The notes beneath the pieces are model-generated. The model was not told where the DNA came from. It did no database searches and was given only the letters and a program-made list of their open reading frames with translations. DNA of 64,000 nt from Microgenomates group bacterium (GTDB lineage: Bacteria; Patescibacteriota; Microgenomatia; UBA12405), in assembly GCA_049303675.1 (NCBI GenBank), contig JBAQNJ010000001.1, positions 278,994 through 342,993 on the forward strand. Reading direction: 5' to 3'. A program made the translations under genes and the position numbers. Shown piece after piece: positions 48,437 to 57,305 of this stretch (position 1 is the first letter of the stretch; each line of letters starts with the position of its first letter).

Positions 48437-50217
48437 TGAATAATAATCTATATAAAAATAGTACTTTCCCCCTTTTTCAAGGGGGGATTAAGGGGGGTTT
48501 TGTATTAAAAACTTTTTTTTACTTTTTACTTTTTACTTTTGTTTTTATTTTAATTTTTACTCTCCCTCTTATTTTCGGTTTTGGCAAAACCGGCAAAAAC
48601 ACTCTTGTTTTAGGCAAAGACTATTCCTTACTCTCCAAATCCCAAATAATTTCTCGCTTATCAGTCGATTTTCCTCTTCCTCCCAGCCTGAATATTCAGA
48701 CCTCAAACCGCAAATTTACTCTCAATTTAGCCGATATCTCCGCCCAATACGACTATCCCTCAATCGCATCCAATCTACTATTCCGTCGACTTCATAGTGG
48801 AGTTTTACCTTATTTTAAGGCATTTTTTCAGCCAAAAAACTTTAGCCTTAGTCTCGATTACAGCTCCGATTCACTCGATAAACAAATTGCCAATATCTCC
48901 CAGCAGGTCGATCATCCCTTTGTTCCCTCCCAATTTAGTCTCGATGAGAAATCCAAAGAAATCATCCTCAAAAACGGTGAACGGGGGCAAAGAGTCAATT
49001 CTGAAGAATTGAAAAACCGTCTCGTCTCTGCTCTTCGTTATTATGAGGCATCTACCCCTATCGACCTTCCCCTCGACCCTATTGGTGAGTTGCCCACTAC
49101 TGATCAAATTAGTAGTGCCACCGCTGTCGCTCAGTCCCTTATCGGCAAGAAGCTCGAATTTTCCGCCCCCGACGAGGTTGTCACCCTCGACGACAAGACC
49201 CTTATTTCTTGGGTCGACTTTGGGACCATTTGTCGCCGCTCCACAGTTGATGATTATGTCGCTGGACTGAAGTCTAGTCTGAAAAAGGATCCTGTCGAAG
49301 CCGTCTTCAAATTTGAAAATGGTCAAGTCCTCGAATTTCAACCATCTAAAAATGGTTATCTATTAGATGACTCCAATTTAAGCCAACAAATTTGTTCAAA
49401 AATAGTTGAACTATCCCAATCCTCGGACAAAATAATTAAGGATAAATTCCCAGTTATCACCCTCGAAACCAAGACTCAAAACTCTGATGTCAACAATTTA
49501 GGCATCAAAGAATTAATTGGCAGTGGCACCTCTACCTTCCGTCACAGTAGTACTATTCGCAATATCAATGTCGAGCGCGGCGCCCAAATAGTCAATCGCA
49601 TTTTAGTCGCCCCAGGCGAAAAGTTTTCCTTTGTCAAAGCTCTTGGCGATGTCACCATCGAAAATGGTTTCAAAATGGCTTATGTCATTCGGGCCGGCAA
49701 GACGGAATTAGACGTTGGTGGTGGTATCTGTCAGGTCTCCACCACTTTTTTCCGCGCCCTTCTCAATTCTGGGCTCGATATAATTGACAGACGCAACCAC
49801 GCCTATCGAGTCCAATACTATGAAGAAGACATGCCCCCAGGTTATGACGCCACTGTTTTTATCCCCAGTCCTGATTTATCTTTTGTCAACGACACTGGCC
49901 ATCATATCCTTATTCAAAGTAAATATGATGGTAAAAATAAACGGCTTACCTACGATCTTTATGGTACCTCCGATGGTCGATCTGTCGATATTAGCAACTA
50001 TCGCCAATGGGGAGCTGCTCCTGCTCCTCCGGCGGTCTATATTGACGATCCTACCTTACCGGCGGGCAAAGTCGTTCAGGACGAGCACGCTATTCCAGGA
50101 CTGAAGACATCTTTTGACTGGAAAGTGACCCGAGCCGGAGAGATAATCCATCAGAAAACCTTTACCAGCAATTTCGTCCCTTGGGCCGCCGTTTTCCGTC
50201 GCGGACCGCAAATTTAA
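48436..50217 (+). CDS. VanW-family protein with N-terminal TM
   Basis: GGGICQVSTTFFRALLNSGLDIIDRRNHAYRVQYY...GYDATVF VanW core; N-terminus carries hairpin repeat copy 6 and heptamer tract in-frame. Confidence 0.7.
   Translation: MNNNLYKNSTFPLFQGGIKGGFVLKTFFYFLLFTFVFILIFTLPLIFGFGKTGKNTLVLGKDYSLLSKSQIISRLSVDFPLPPSLNIQTSNRKFTLNLADISAQYDYPSIASNLLFRRLHSGVLPYFKAFFQPKNFSLSLDYSSDSLDKQIANISQQVDHPFVPSQFSLDEKSKEIILKNGERGQRVNSEELKNRLVSALRYYEASTPIDLPLDPIGELPTTDQISSATAVAQSLIGKKLEFSAPDEVVTLDDKTLISWVDFGTICRRSTVDDYVAGLKSSLKKDPVEAVFKFENGQVLEFQPSKNGYLLDDSNLSQQICSKIVELSQSSDKIIKDKFPVITLETKTQNSDVNNLGIKELIGSGTSTFRHSSTIRNINVERGAQIVNRILVAPGEKFSFVKALGDVTIENGFKMAYVIRAGKTELDVGGGICQVSTTFFRALLNSGLDIIDRRNHAYRVQYYEEDMPPGYDATVFIPSPDLSFVNDTGHHILIQSKYDGKNKRLTYDLYGTSDGRSVDISNYRQWGAAPAPPAVYIDDPTLPAGKVVQDEHAIPGLKTSFDWKVTRAGEIIHQKTFTSNFVPWAAVFRRGPQI
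48465..48501. repeat. Hairpin repeat family copy 6 (short form), in-frame in VanW N-terminus
   Basis: tttccccctttttcaaggggggattaaggggggtttt encodes FPLFQGGIKGGF. Confidence 0.8.
48511..48541. repeat. Heptanucleotide tract actttttttt(actttttx2)acttttg
   Basis: encodes FFYFLLFTF of VanW signal/TM. Confidence 0.75.
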
Positions 50218-50235
50218 CAATTTAATTAAACGCGA

Positions 50236-50652
50236 ATGCCGCAACACTTTTTTTGTCCTCACGCCTTAATCAGAAAAGATGGTAAGTATTTAGTAATGCA
50301 TCGTTCCGCCAATACCGGCTATAAGCCGGGATTTTGGGATATCCCTGGCGGCCACTTCAACGAAGGTGAAGACAACATTGCCGAAGTGGTTATGAGAGAA
50401 ACGTTGGAAGAGACAGGTTTACATATCGCTGTAGGCAAAGTCGTTCACATTTCTTCAGAGATCCAGAGTCCCCAACGACATCAATTTTGTGGCATATATG
50501 AGTGTGAACCTCTGGCAGGTGAAGAAATCAATTTAGATCCAGTTGAACATGACGAGTATCGCTGGGTCACTCCACAGGAGATGGCCGAGCTTCCAATCAT
50601 GTTTTTTGTTCAAAGTCTTCTCGAGAATTATTTACTGAAATCTCAAATATAG
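50236..50652 (+). CDS. NUDIX hydrolase
   Basis: GGHFNEGEDNIAEVVMRETLEETGL Nudix box. Confidence 0.75.
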   Translation: MPQHFFCPHALIRKDGKYLVMHRSANTGYKPGFWDIPGGHFNEGEDNIAEVVMRETLEETGLHIAVGKVVHISSEIQSPQRHQFCGIYECEPLAGEEINLDPVEHDEYRWVTPQEMAELPIMFFVQSLLENYLLKSQI

Positions 50653-50669
50653 TTTTTGTCTATATTCTC

Positions 50670-51038
50670 TTATTTAATCCAATAGCCAGAAATTCTTGTT
50701 CTTTGAGTCCTACCAATTTCACTCAGGTTCTTTTCTTGACACCAGCATCCTCTGTAAGAATCGTATACCATCTCCACCTCTCCAATTTCGGGAATCACAA
50801 TTTTTTTGGACAACTCGACATGCTGTGTATGACCGGCGCTAAATCTTTCTGCTTGTGGGAGCTGGTGTACGGCTCTCACCGTAAACTCTCCTGTTCCAAA
50901 TCGTTTCTCTAGTCCAGGTTCCAAAGTCACCACTTCTCCTACTGCTATTTTTCTTAATATAGCTGGGTCGCTCAACACTGCTGCAGTCACAAGATCTAAT
51001 CCTAATTCCTTATATTGACCAAAAGAAAGCGTTTTCAT
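50670..51038 (-). CDS. Hypothetical protein
   Basis: 122 aa ORF. Confidence 0.35.
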   Translation of the reverse strand: MKTLSFGQYKELGLDLVTAAVLSDPAILRKIAVGEVVTLEPGLEKRFGTGEFTVRAVHQLPQAERFSAGHTQHVELSKKIVIPEIGEVEMVYDSYRGCWCQEKNLSEIGRTQRTRISGYWIK

Positions 51039-51089
51039 ACCCTATATTATACGAAACACCAATTATATAGTCAACTATCCATCAAATTT

Positions 51090-51737
51090 CTATATTCTAT
51101 GTTCAGGATTGCTCTGCATTTTTCCTTTCGCCAGCCAGGGGCTGGGTCTCTTTGATCCTTTTTTATAACACTCTTTCAATTCTGTCACCAGTTCAGGTAT
51201 AAATTGCAAGTCAATTTTCTCCACTATATTTAGAGTATTAAACCAAATCATTTCCCAGCCATCATGGGCATATCCTAGGTATTTCCATTCCTGCATTTCC
51301 AGTAGGTACGCCGTCCAATCGGCCGCTTTTATTACTAGCTTTTCTCTTTCATTCAATTCTTCACCATACTTTGATGTGTCCATCTCTTCCGATATCGATG
51401 ACATCATTTCTTTATACGCCTTCTCTCCCGCCTTACTTGCCTCTTCTTTTATATTTATCTCCCAAAAACTGGCATAACTCGGACTTCCTGAGGGTATGTC
51501 TCCAATTACAATTTCCCGCCAATCATGGGTCATTGCATATCTCATCACTTTGTCAAAACTTATTTCTGGTTCGCCTAGTTTATCGACAAATAGCATGGCA
51601 AGGTAGCCCACCATATACGAATGTTCGGCAATCGATATATTCATACTCGTGGGCAGCCCCAAGGCCAAGTTCCCTCCAGTTCTTTTAATCCTATTTAAGT
51701 TTTGTAAATTTTGTACCAGTTCAAATATTTTTTTCAT
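51090..51737 (-). CDS. HD-domain phosphohydrolase (YfbR-like)
   Basis: AEHSYMVGYLA...AMTHDWREIVIGDIP (H..HD...D). Confidence 0.65.
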   Translation of the reverse strand: MKKIFELVQNLQNLNRIKRTGGNLALGLPTSMNISIAEHSYMVGYLAMLFVDKLGEPEISFDKVMRYAMTHDWREIVIGDIPSGSPSYASFWEINIKEEASKAGEKAYKEMMSSISEEMDTSKYGEELNEREKLVIKAADWTAYLLEMQEWKYLGYAHDGWEMIWFNTLNIVEKIDLQFIPELVTELKECYKKGSKRPSPWLAKGKMQSNPEHRI

Positions 51738-51780
51738 GACGAATTATAACTTTTTTGTAGGGGCGACGCTAGCCGTCGCC

Positions 51781-52884
51781 CTAAAAGTTTAATCGTGGAT
51801 CACGGTCCAGAGTCTCGGGATCCGACCATTCTTTTCGCTTCGCCAATTCCCAGCCCACTCTTCCAATCATGGCCGCATTATCGGTATTTAGCCATATTTT
51901 CGCTGGCATATAAATTAGCAATTTCTTTTTTCTGGCTAGGGCTCTCAGTTTTTTTCGAAGCATCATATTGGCCAGTACCCCTCCCGAGGCCATTATAGTT
52001 TTTGGCTCATATTTATCAATCGCCAAATCAAATTTTCTAATCAAAGTATTGAATACCGACTCTTGAAATGTTGCCGCCAGACTAGCCAAATTTTTATTTT
52101 TTTCCTCTATTGACCAGTCTTTTATTTTATAATAAAAACTAGTTTTCAGTCCCGAAAAGCTATAGTCCAACACTTTTTTATCGGCGAGCGGTTTGGGTAA
52201 TTCAAACAAATTATTATTGGCGCCAGCTTGCATCGCCAGTCGCTCTATCACCGGCCCCCCAGGGTATCCCAAACCCAGTAATTTTGCCGCCTTATCCAAC
52301 GCTTCTCCCGCCGCATCATCCAACGTTTCCCCCACTACAGTATATTTTTGTAAGGGCGTACCCTTGTGGTCGCCCTTTTCCAAAAGTACAATCTTCGTAT
52401 GTCCTCCACTTACCGTCAGGCAAATAGCTGGCAGCTCTATCTCTCTCTCTGGCAATCCTTTACTATTTTTGACGAGGTTAGACAATATATGTCCCTCCAC
52501 ATGATTCACCGCCACCAATTTTTTATTATATTTTATCGCCAATTCACAGGCAGTTTTCACCCCTACTCCTAGAGCAATCGCCAGCCCCGGCCCTTTCGTC
52601 ACTGCAATTACATCAACAGACTTCATGTAATATTCCAATGTCTTTCTCTCCCTTGTCAAAGGGAGATGCCCCGAAGGGGAGAGGGATTGAGAACGTTTCA
52701 ATGCCGTCATTATCACCGGCAAAATTCTCGCTTGATGTGCTCTTTTCGCAATATCCGGTACCACCCCACCCCAATCTTTATGCAAATCAGTTTGCGAGGA
52801 AATTACATTACTTATCACTCGATCATTTTCCAGCACTGCCGCACAGGTATCATCACAGCTGGTTTCAATCGCCAATATTTTCAT
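51781..52884 (-). CDS. tsaD: tRNA N6-adenosine threonylcarbamoyltransferase TsaD
   Basis: MKILAIETSCDDTCAAVLE...VTKGPGLAIALGVGV...VNHVEGHIL; carries in-frame hairpin repeat copy 7 (LPLTRERK). Confidence 0.9.
   Translation of the reverse strand: MKILAIETSCDDTCAAVLENDRVISNVISSQTDLHKDWGGVVPDIAKRAHQARILPVIMTALKRSQSLSPSGHLPLTRERKTLEYYMKSVDVIAVTKGPGLAIALGVGVKTACELAIKYNKKLVAVNHVEGHILSNLVKNSKGLPEREIELPAICLTVSGGHTKIVLLEKGDHKGTPLQKYTVVGETLDDAAGEALDKAAKLLGLGYPGGPVIERLAMQAGANNNLFELPKPLADKKVLDYSFSGLKTSFYYKIKDWSIEEKNKNLASLAATFQESVFNTLIRKFDLAIDKYEPKTIMASGGVLANMMLRKKLRALARKKKLLIYMPAKIWLNTDNAAMIGRVGWELAKRKEWSDPETLDRDPRLNF
52645..52688. repeat. Hairpin repeat family copy 7 (long form, inner hairpin CCCCGAAGGGG), in-frame in tsaD
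   Basis: tctctcccttgtcaaagggagatgccccgaaggggagagggatt. Confidence 0.8.
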
Positions 52885-52905
52885 AATTGGGTATATTATA
52901 AATTA

Positions 52906-53466
52906 ATGAGTCGCCATCTACCCTACATATTATTATCCCTCATTTTTTTAGGGCTATCCCTCTTTGGTGTTAATTACCTCAAAAGCATAGTTGTCGTCCA
53001 GCCGGAACCGCTAGTCAACGATGTTTTTCCCATTCCAACTGCCGCTGCCACGGCAACAGCGGTCCCTACCGATATCTCTGCAACTATGACTCTCGCCCCT
53101 ACAGTGACTCCTGTTACCCAAACTCTAACTAGTGACAAATATCACTTTAGCTTAGTTTACCCATCTTTCCGTACTTTATACGAAGCAGCCGAGAATGGGG
53201 GTACCCGTTTTACCCTTTATTCTGCCTCTGGCAATATCACTCTTCACGCTGGCACCCTCTGGTCATGGACTCATCCCAGCCGTGTTTTTTCCACCGAGTT
53301 ACTCGTTTCCGGACAGCCCACCTTTGTCTACCGTGTTCCCACCCAGACAATTGTCGACTTCCAAAACGGTGGTATCAACTACACTATTCAGTGTGTCCAC
53401 AAAGACATTCCTTCAGCCGTTCTCGAGTGCGACAATATTATCTCCAGCTTCGTTCTAACTTCCTAA
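52906..53466 (+). CDS. Secreted/anchored hypothetical protein
   Basis: Likely start MSRHLPYILLSLIFLGLSLFGV (ORF track starts 52666 inside tsaD); Thr/Ala-rich linker. Confidence 0.45.
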   Translation: MSRHLPYILLSLIFLGLSLFGVNYLKSIVVVQPEPLVNDVFPIPTAAATATAVPTDISATMTLAPTVTPVTQTLTSDKYHFSLVYPSFRTLYEAAENGGTRFTLYSASGNITLHAGTLWSWTHPSRVFSTELLVSGQPTFVYRVPTQTIVDFQNGGINYTIQCVHKDIPSAVLECDNIISSFVLTS

Positions 53467-54136
53467 TCAACATATTTTTTTTGACGTATTCTCTGGTAAA
53501 TGACACCAAACTCTTTTTTCTATCAATACTCATCTCAAAATCACCAACTCTTATTTTCTCTATTATCTCCTGCCAACTTTTTATCCCTTCACCAAAAACC
53601 ATTTTTCCCTTACCGAGATACATTAGTGCATGAGCATCACTGCCAGTTATGGATATCATGTTCAGTTTTTTTGCCAGACGTACTGCCTTTCTGGTAGCCA
53701 ATTTTGTTTGGGCCACACAATAGCTTTCCATCGCGTCTAGGTCAAGTTTTTTTATTTTGCTATTCAGCGACGAGCCAAACTTGTTAAACGGGTGAGCCGC
53801 GATAGCCAACCCACCTTGTTGATGAATCAGTTCTATTGTCTCCTTAGCACTTAACTTGGCCGGAATTTCTCTCAATATGCCATAAGCTAATATATGTCCA
53901 TCTTTACTGGATATTTCACACGCCGGCACCAGCACTATCGGCAGTTTTTTGTCCCCAATTATTTTTTTTGCCCTCCGATATCCTTCTAGTGAATCATGAT
54001 CGGTAATTGCCAATATTTCAATTCCTAGCTCAATACATCTCTCCATAATTTCCTCCACCGACATCACCGAGTCATAAAACTTTTTGAAGTAGGGGAGTCT
54101 AGTTGTCCGGCTATGGCAATGTAATTCCGCAATCAT
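53438..54136 (-). CDS. PHP-domain phosphoesterase
   Basis: MIAELHCHSRTT...LAITDHDSLEGY...HPF motifs. Confidence 0.7.
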   Translation of the reverse strand: MIAELHCHSRTTRLPYFKKFYDSVMSVEEIMERCIELGIEILAITDHDSLEGYRRAKKIIGDKKLPIVLVPACEISSKDGHILAYGILREIPAKLSAKETIELIHQQGGLAIAAHPFNKFGSSLNSKIKKLDLDAMESYCVAQTKLATRKAVRLAKKLNMISITGSDAHALMYLGKGKMVFGEGIKSWQEIIEKIRVGDFEMSIDRKKSLVSFTREYVKKNMLIRKLERSWR

Positions 54137-54159
54137 TATGTATTATATATAATTCGAAG

Positions 54160-54194
54160 TCCCCCTTGTTAAAGGGGGATTTAGGTGGATTAGG
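54160..54194. repeat. Hairpin repeat family copy 8 (short form)
   Basis: tcccccttgttaaagggggatttaggtggattagg between divergent PHP and lemA. Confidence 0.75.
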
Positions 54195-54208
54195 TGTTAT
54201 TATAAAGT

Positions 54209-54769
54209 ATGAACAAAACACTTATCTCTATTGTTGCCATTCTTGTTTTTCTCGGTCTGGTTCTCGCCGGAGTCTACAACAATCTTATCTCTCTAAATCA
54301 AAAAGTTGACCTTGCTTGGGCTCAGGTTGATACTCAGTATCAGCGTCGTTTTGACCTCATTCCCAATTTAGTCTCATCAGTCCAAGGCGAGATGAAACAG
54401 GAGCAGAAAATATTCTCCGACATTGCTACCGCTCGGACTCAATATTCCGGTGCTGCCTCGGTCAATGACAAAGCCACTGCCGCCACAGCCTTAGAGGGGA
54501 CTTTGGGCAGATTATTAGTTATTATGGAAAATTATCCCGTTCTAAAATCCAACGAAAATGTCACTCGACTTATGGATGAATTGGCTGGTACCGAAAATCG
54601 TATCAGTGTCGAGCGCTCTCGTTTCAACAATCAGGTTACTACCTACAACATGGTAGTAATTCGATTCCCTGGCAATCTTCTCGCTCGACTTTTTGGCTTT
54701 AGTTCACGAGCATTTTTTCAAAGTGCCAGTGGCGCCGATGTTGCCCCACGAGTGGAAATTAATCCCTAA
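54209..54769 (+). CDS. lemA: LemA-family protein
   Basis: TM then NNLISLNQKVDLAWAQVDTQYQRRFDLIPNLV. Confidence 0.8.
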   Translation: MNKTLISIVAILVFLGLVLAGVYNNLISLNQKVDLAWAQVDTQYQRRFDLIPNLVSSVQGEMKQEQKIFSDIATARTQYSGAASVNDKATAATALEGTLGRLLVIMENYPVLKSNENVTRLMDELAGTENRISVERSRFNNQVTTYNMVVIRFPGNLLARLFGFSSRAFFQSASGADVAPRVEINP

Positions 54770-54772
54770 TTC

Positions 54773-55615
54773 ATGAGAACAATTTGGCTTAGCTTTCTTT
54801 TCTTTATTTTTTCACTTTCGCAGGTCTTTGCTCAAAATATTCCCAATCCCACGAGCTATGTTAATGATTACGCCAATGTTTTATCTGATCAGTTTGAAGC
54901 CCAATTAGACCAGCAAATATCCGATTTTCAAAAGAAAACTTCTATTGAAATCGCAGTAGTCACGGTTGCCTCCCTCGATGGCACCACTGTCGATGATTAT
55001 GCGGTCAAGTTGTTTGAGAAATGGGGCATTGGTCAGGCCAAAAAAGATAATGGCTTATTATTTCTAATTGCCCCAAATGAAAAAAAAGTCCGCCTTGAAG
55101 TCGGTTATGGCTTGGAAGGCACTATCACCGATGGTCGTGCTGGAAATATTCTGGACACTCAGGTACTGCCAGAATTCAAAAAAAATGATTATGAAGCCGG
55201 AGTCAAAAACGGTGTCGATGTGCTAATTTCTTACCTCAATGATCCTTCCTCTATCCCCGCCACCACTTCTGATTTACCATCAGAGTCTACCATCACTTGG
55301 CTAATGATAATTTTATTTTCCGGTCTGCCAATTTATTTTCTGTCCTATCTTAGCCGCTCTCGGGAAATCACTACTGGCGCTATTGTCGGAGGTCTTATTG
55401 GTTACTTAATATACGGCTTTATTTTTGCCATTATTTTGGGTATTTTTGGACTAATACTTGACCTAATTCTCTCTCGCAATTACAAAAAATTTACCTCGAT
55501 GGGACTATCGACTAGTTTTTGGAAAAGTCGTGGTGGTTTTGGCGGTGGGGGAGGTGGATTTGGAGGTTTTGGTGGAGGGGGTAGTGGCGGCGGCGGCTCG
55601 TCGAGAGGTTGGTAG
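54773..55615 (+). CDS. TPM-domain (YgcG-like) protein with Gly-rich C-terminus
   Basis: VNDYANVLSDQFEAQLDQQISDFQKKTSIEIAVVTVASLDG; C-terminal GGFGGGGGGFGGFGGGGSGGGG. Confidence 0.75.
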   Translation: MRTIWLSFLFFIFSLSQVFAQNIPNPTSYVNDYANVLSDQFEAQLDQQISDFQKKTSIEIAVVTVASLDGTTVDDYAVKLFEKWGIGQAKKDNGLLFLIAPNEKKVRLEVGYGLEGTITDGRAGNILDTQVLPEFKKNDYEAGVKNGVDVLISYLNDPSSIPATTSDLPSESTITWLMIILFSGLPIYFLSYLSRSREITTGAIVGGLIGYLIYGFIFAIILGIFGLILDLILSRNYKKFTSMGLSTSFWKSRGGFGGGGGGFGGFGGGGSGGGGSSRGW

Positions 55616-55727
55616 CGCTAGTGTCATTCCCGCGCCGTGTCAGTCTGTAGCTTTAGCGTAGGATGATAGGTGGGAATCTATTAAATTTATTTGTCCTATT
55701 CATAAATCTTAAATCGTATATCTTAAA

Positions 55728-56816
55728 TCAAAAATTTATCTCCCGTGTCGTCTCATCCACATAGCTAAAATTAATCGGTATATAGTTAGTTATTTTTTTT
55801 AATTTATTTAGGTATTCTTCACCCATATTTTCCGGCCACTCAATACAGGCAACTAGCTCTGAGCTTGTCGAAGGGAATTGTTCCAAAAATTTTATTTCCT
55901 CAAATTCATATTTATTTCCCAATCTATACAAATCAAAATGTAAAAATTTCTTGCACTGATAACTGTTCACTGATAACTGTTCACTGATTAAATATTCATT
56001 ATAAATTACAAACGTCGGGCTAGTTATTTTTTCCTTTACCCCGAGTAGTTGTCCTATCTTTCGGGAAAATACAGTCTTTCCACAACCTAGGTCTCCGCTC
56101 AATCCAAACACTAGAGGTTTTCTCTCCCTTGTTAAAGGGAGAAGCGGCGTAGCCGAGAGGGATTTGTTCAACAAAAATTCAGCAATTTTCTCCGTTTCCT
56201 TTTCCGATTTAGAAATTAGTGTTTGGGATTTCCCCACTATCAAGTCTCCCCGTCTGAGGATTTTTATCTCCGGTTCAGTGGCGTCAATTACTGTCGATGG
56301 TTTGTTCCGTGGTAATTTACCACTGTCCACCATCATATCGATCATCATCAATTTTTTCTGGGACAGAGTTTTTACAAAGCTTGCCAGTGAATAGTGGGGA
56401 GTCCGTCCCGACAGATTCGCTGACGTCGCCGTCACTGGCCCTCCCACCGCCTTCACCAGATCCATTATCCATTGGTTATCCGGTATTCGTATTCCCAATG
56501 TCCCATTTTCCGCCTCTATACCCTTGGCCACCTTATGTTTGCCCTCCGACACAATCGTAAAAGGTCCGGGTAGCAAGTTTGCATAAATATTTTCTGCATT
56601 TTCACTCAGTTTTACAAAATCTTGTGCCATTTTTTTATCTGCTACAGCTATCGATATCGCCTTCCCCGTCCATCTGTTTTTAAATGCGAGAAGTTTATCT
56701 GTTGCGCTCTGGCTTCTCGGATCTACCGCCAAAATGTACACCGTATCACTCGGGAATATTACTAGCCCACCATCTTTTATTATTCTGGCCGCCTTTTCAA
56801 TATCCTCGACTTTCAT
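55728..56816 (-). CDS. Fused TsaC/Sua5 (YrdC domain) and TsaE (P-loop) protein
   Basis: N: GGLVIFPSDTVYILAVDP...; C: SEKETEKIAEFLL...GDLGCGKTVFSRKIG...SPTFVIYNEY...HFDLYRL; carries hairpin copy 9 and 14-mer repeat in-frame in TsaE part. Confidence 0.75.
   Translation of the reverse strand: MKVEDIEKAARIIKDGGLVIFPSDTVYILAVDPRSQSATDKLLAFKNRWTGKAISIAVADKKMAQDFVKLSENAENIYANLLPGPFTIVSEGKHKVAKGIEAENGTLGIRIPDNQWIMDLVKAVGGPVTATSANLSGRTPHYSLASFVKTLSQKKLMMIDMMVDSGKLPRNKPSTVIDATEPEIKILRRGDLIVGKSQTLISKSEKETEKIAEFLLNKSLSATPLLPLTRERKPLVFGLSGDLGCGKTVFSRKIGQLLGVKEKITSPTFVIYNEYLISEQLSVNSYQCKKFLHFDLYRLGNKYEFEEIKFLEQFPSTSSELVACIEWPENMGEEYLNKLKKITNYIPINFSYVDETTREINF
55954..55989. repeat. 14-mer tandem repeat (aactgttcactgat)x2.5
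   Basis: cactgataactgttcactgataactgttcactgatt encodes ISEQLSVNSYQ. Confidence 0.8.
56121..56165. repeat. Hairpin repeat family copy 9 (long form), in-frame in TsaE domain
   Basis: tctctcccttgttaaagggagaagcggcgtagccgagagggattt encodes (minus) SLSATPLLPLTRERK. Confidence 0.8.
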
Positions 56817-56832
56817 GGGGATATTCTATCAC

Positions 56833-57246
56833 TTAAGGGTTAGATTTTTGAGCTTCTTCCAATAACACCTTCGACACCCTCTCAAGTCCCCACATCTGAA
56901 TTTGATAAAGACTTACATCTGTTGTTACCGCGCCTGTTAAAAACCCTCTGTCAAATTCTTCCTTTGCTACTTCTGAGCAATGAAGGGCAAAACCAGCTAG
57001 AGCCAAATCGGGATTTAATTTATTTACTTGATCATAAATTGTCAGCGCTACTAGATCATCGTTTCCACTTTGATATTCGAGTTTCATACCAGTTTCTTGT
57101 ACTCTCAGGCTATTCACCAGATCTAAAGTAATTTCTCTAGCTGTCTCCAAACCAATTTTTTCTGGAGTAGCTTTTTCAAATTTTTCTCTCAAACCATCAT
57201 CTGTTAAAAGCCTTTGATTTAACTTGCTACTTCCTTCGTTAAACAT
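56833..57246 (-). CDS. Hypothetical protein
   Basis: 137 aa ORF. Confidence 0.35.
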   Translation of the reverse strand: MFNEGSSKLNQRLLTDDGLREKFEKATPEKIGLETAREITLDLVNSLRVQETGMKLEYQSGNDDLVALTIYDQVNKLNPDLALAGFALHCSEVAKEEFDRGFLTGAVTTDVSLYQIQMWGLERVSKVLLEEAQKSNP

Positions 57247-57305
57247 TTTTTTATATTAAATTTTTAATCTGCCCTCATTATATTTCATTTCTCTCCCATG
57301 TCAAA

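Noticed and set aside
55540-55680. GC-rich ggcggtggggga... stretch and following palindromic segment
   Set aside because: It encodes the Gly-rich C-terminal tail of the TPM-domain protein. The downstream partial palindrome has no second copy and no clear terminator form.
55706-55735. Three direct repeats of atcttaaatc, and a general check for CRISPR arrays
   Set aside because: The repeats are too short and few, with 2-5 nt spacers; no CRISPR-like repeat-spacer array exists anywhere in the window.
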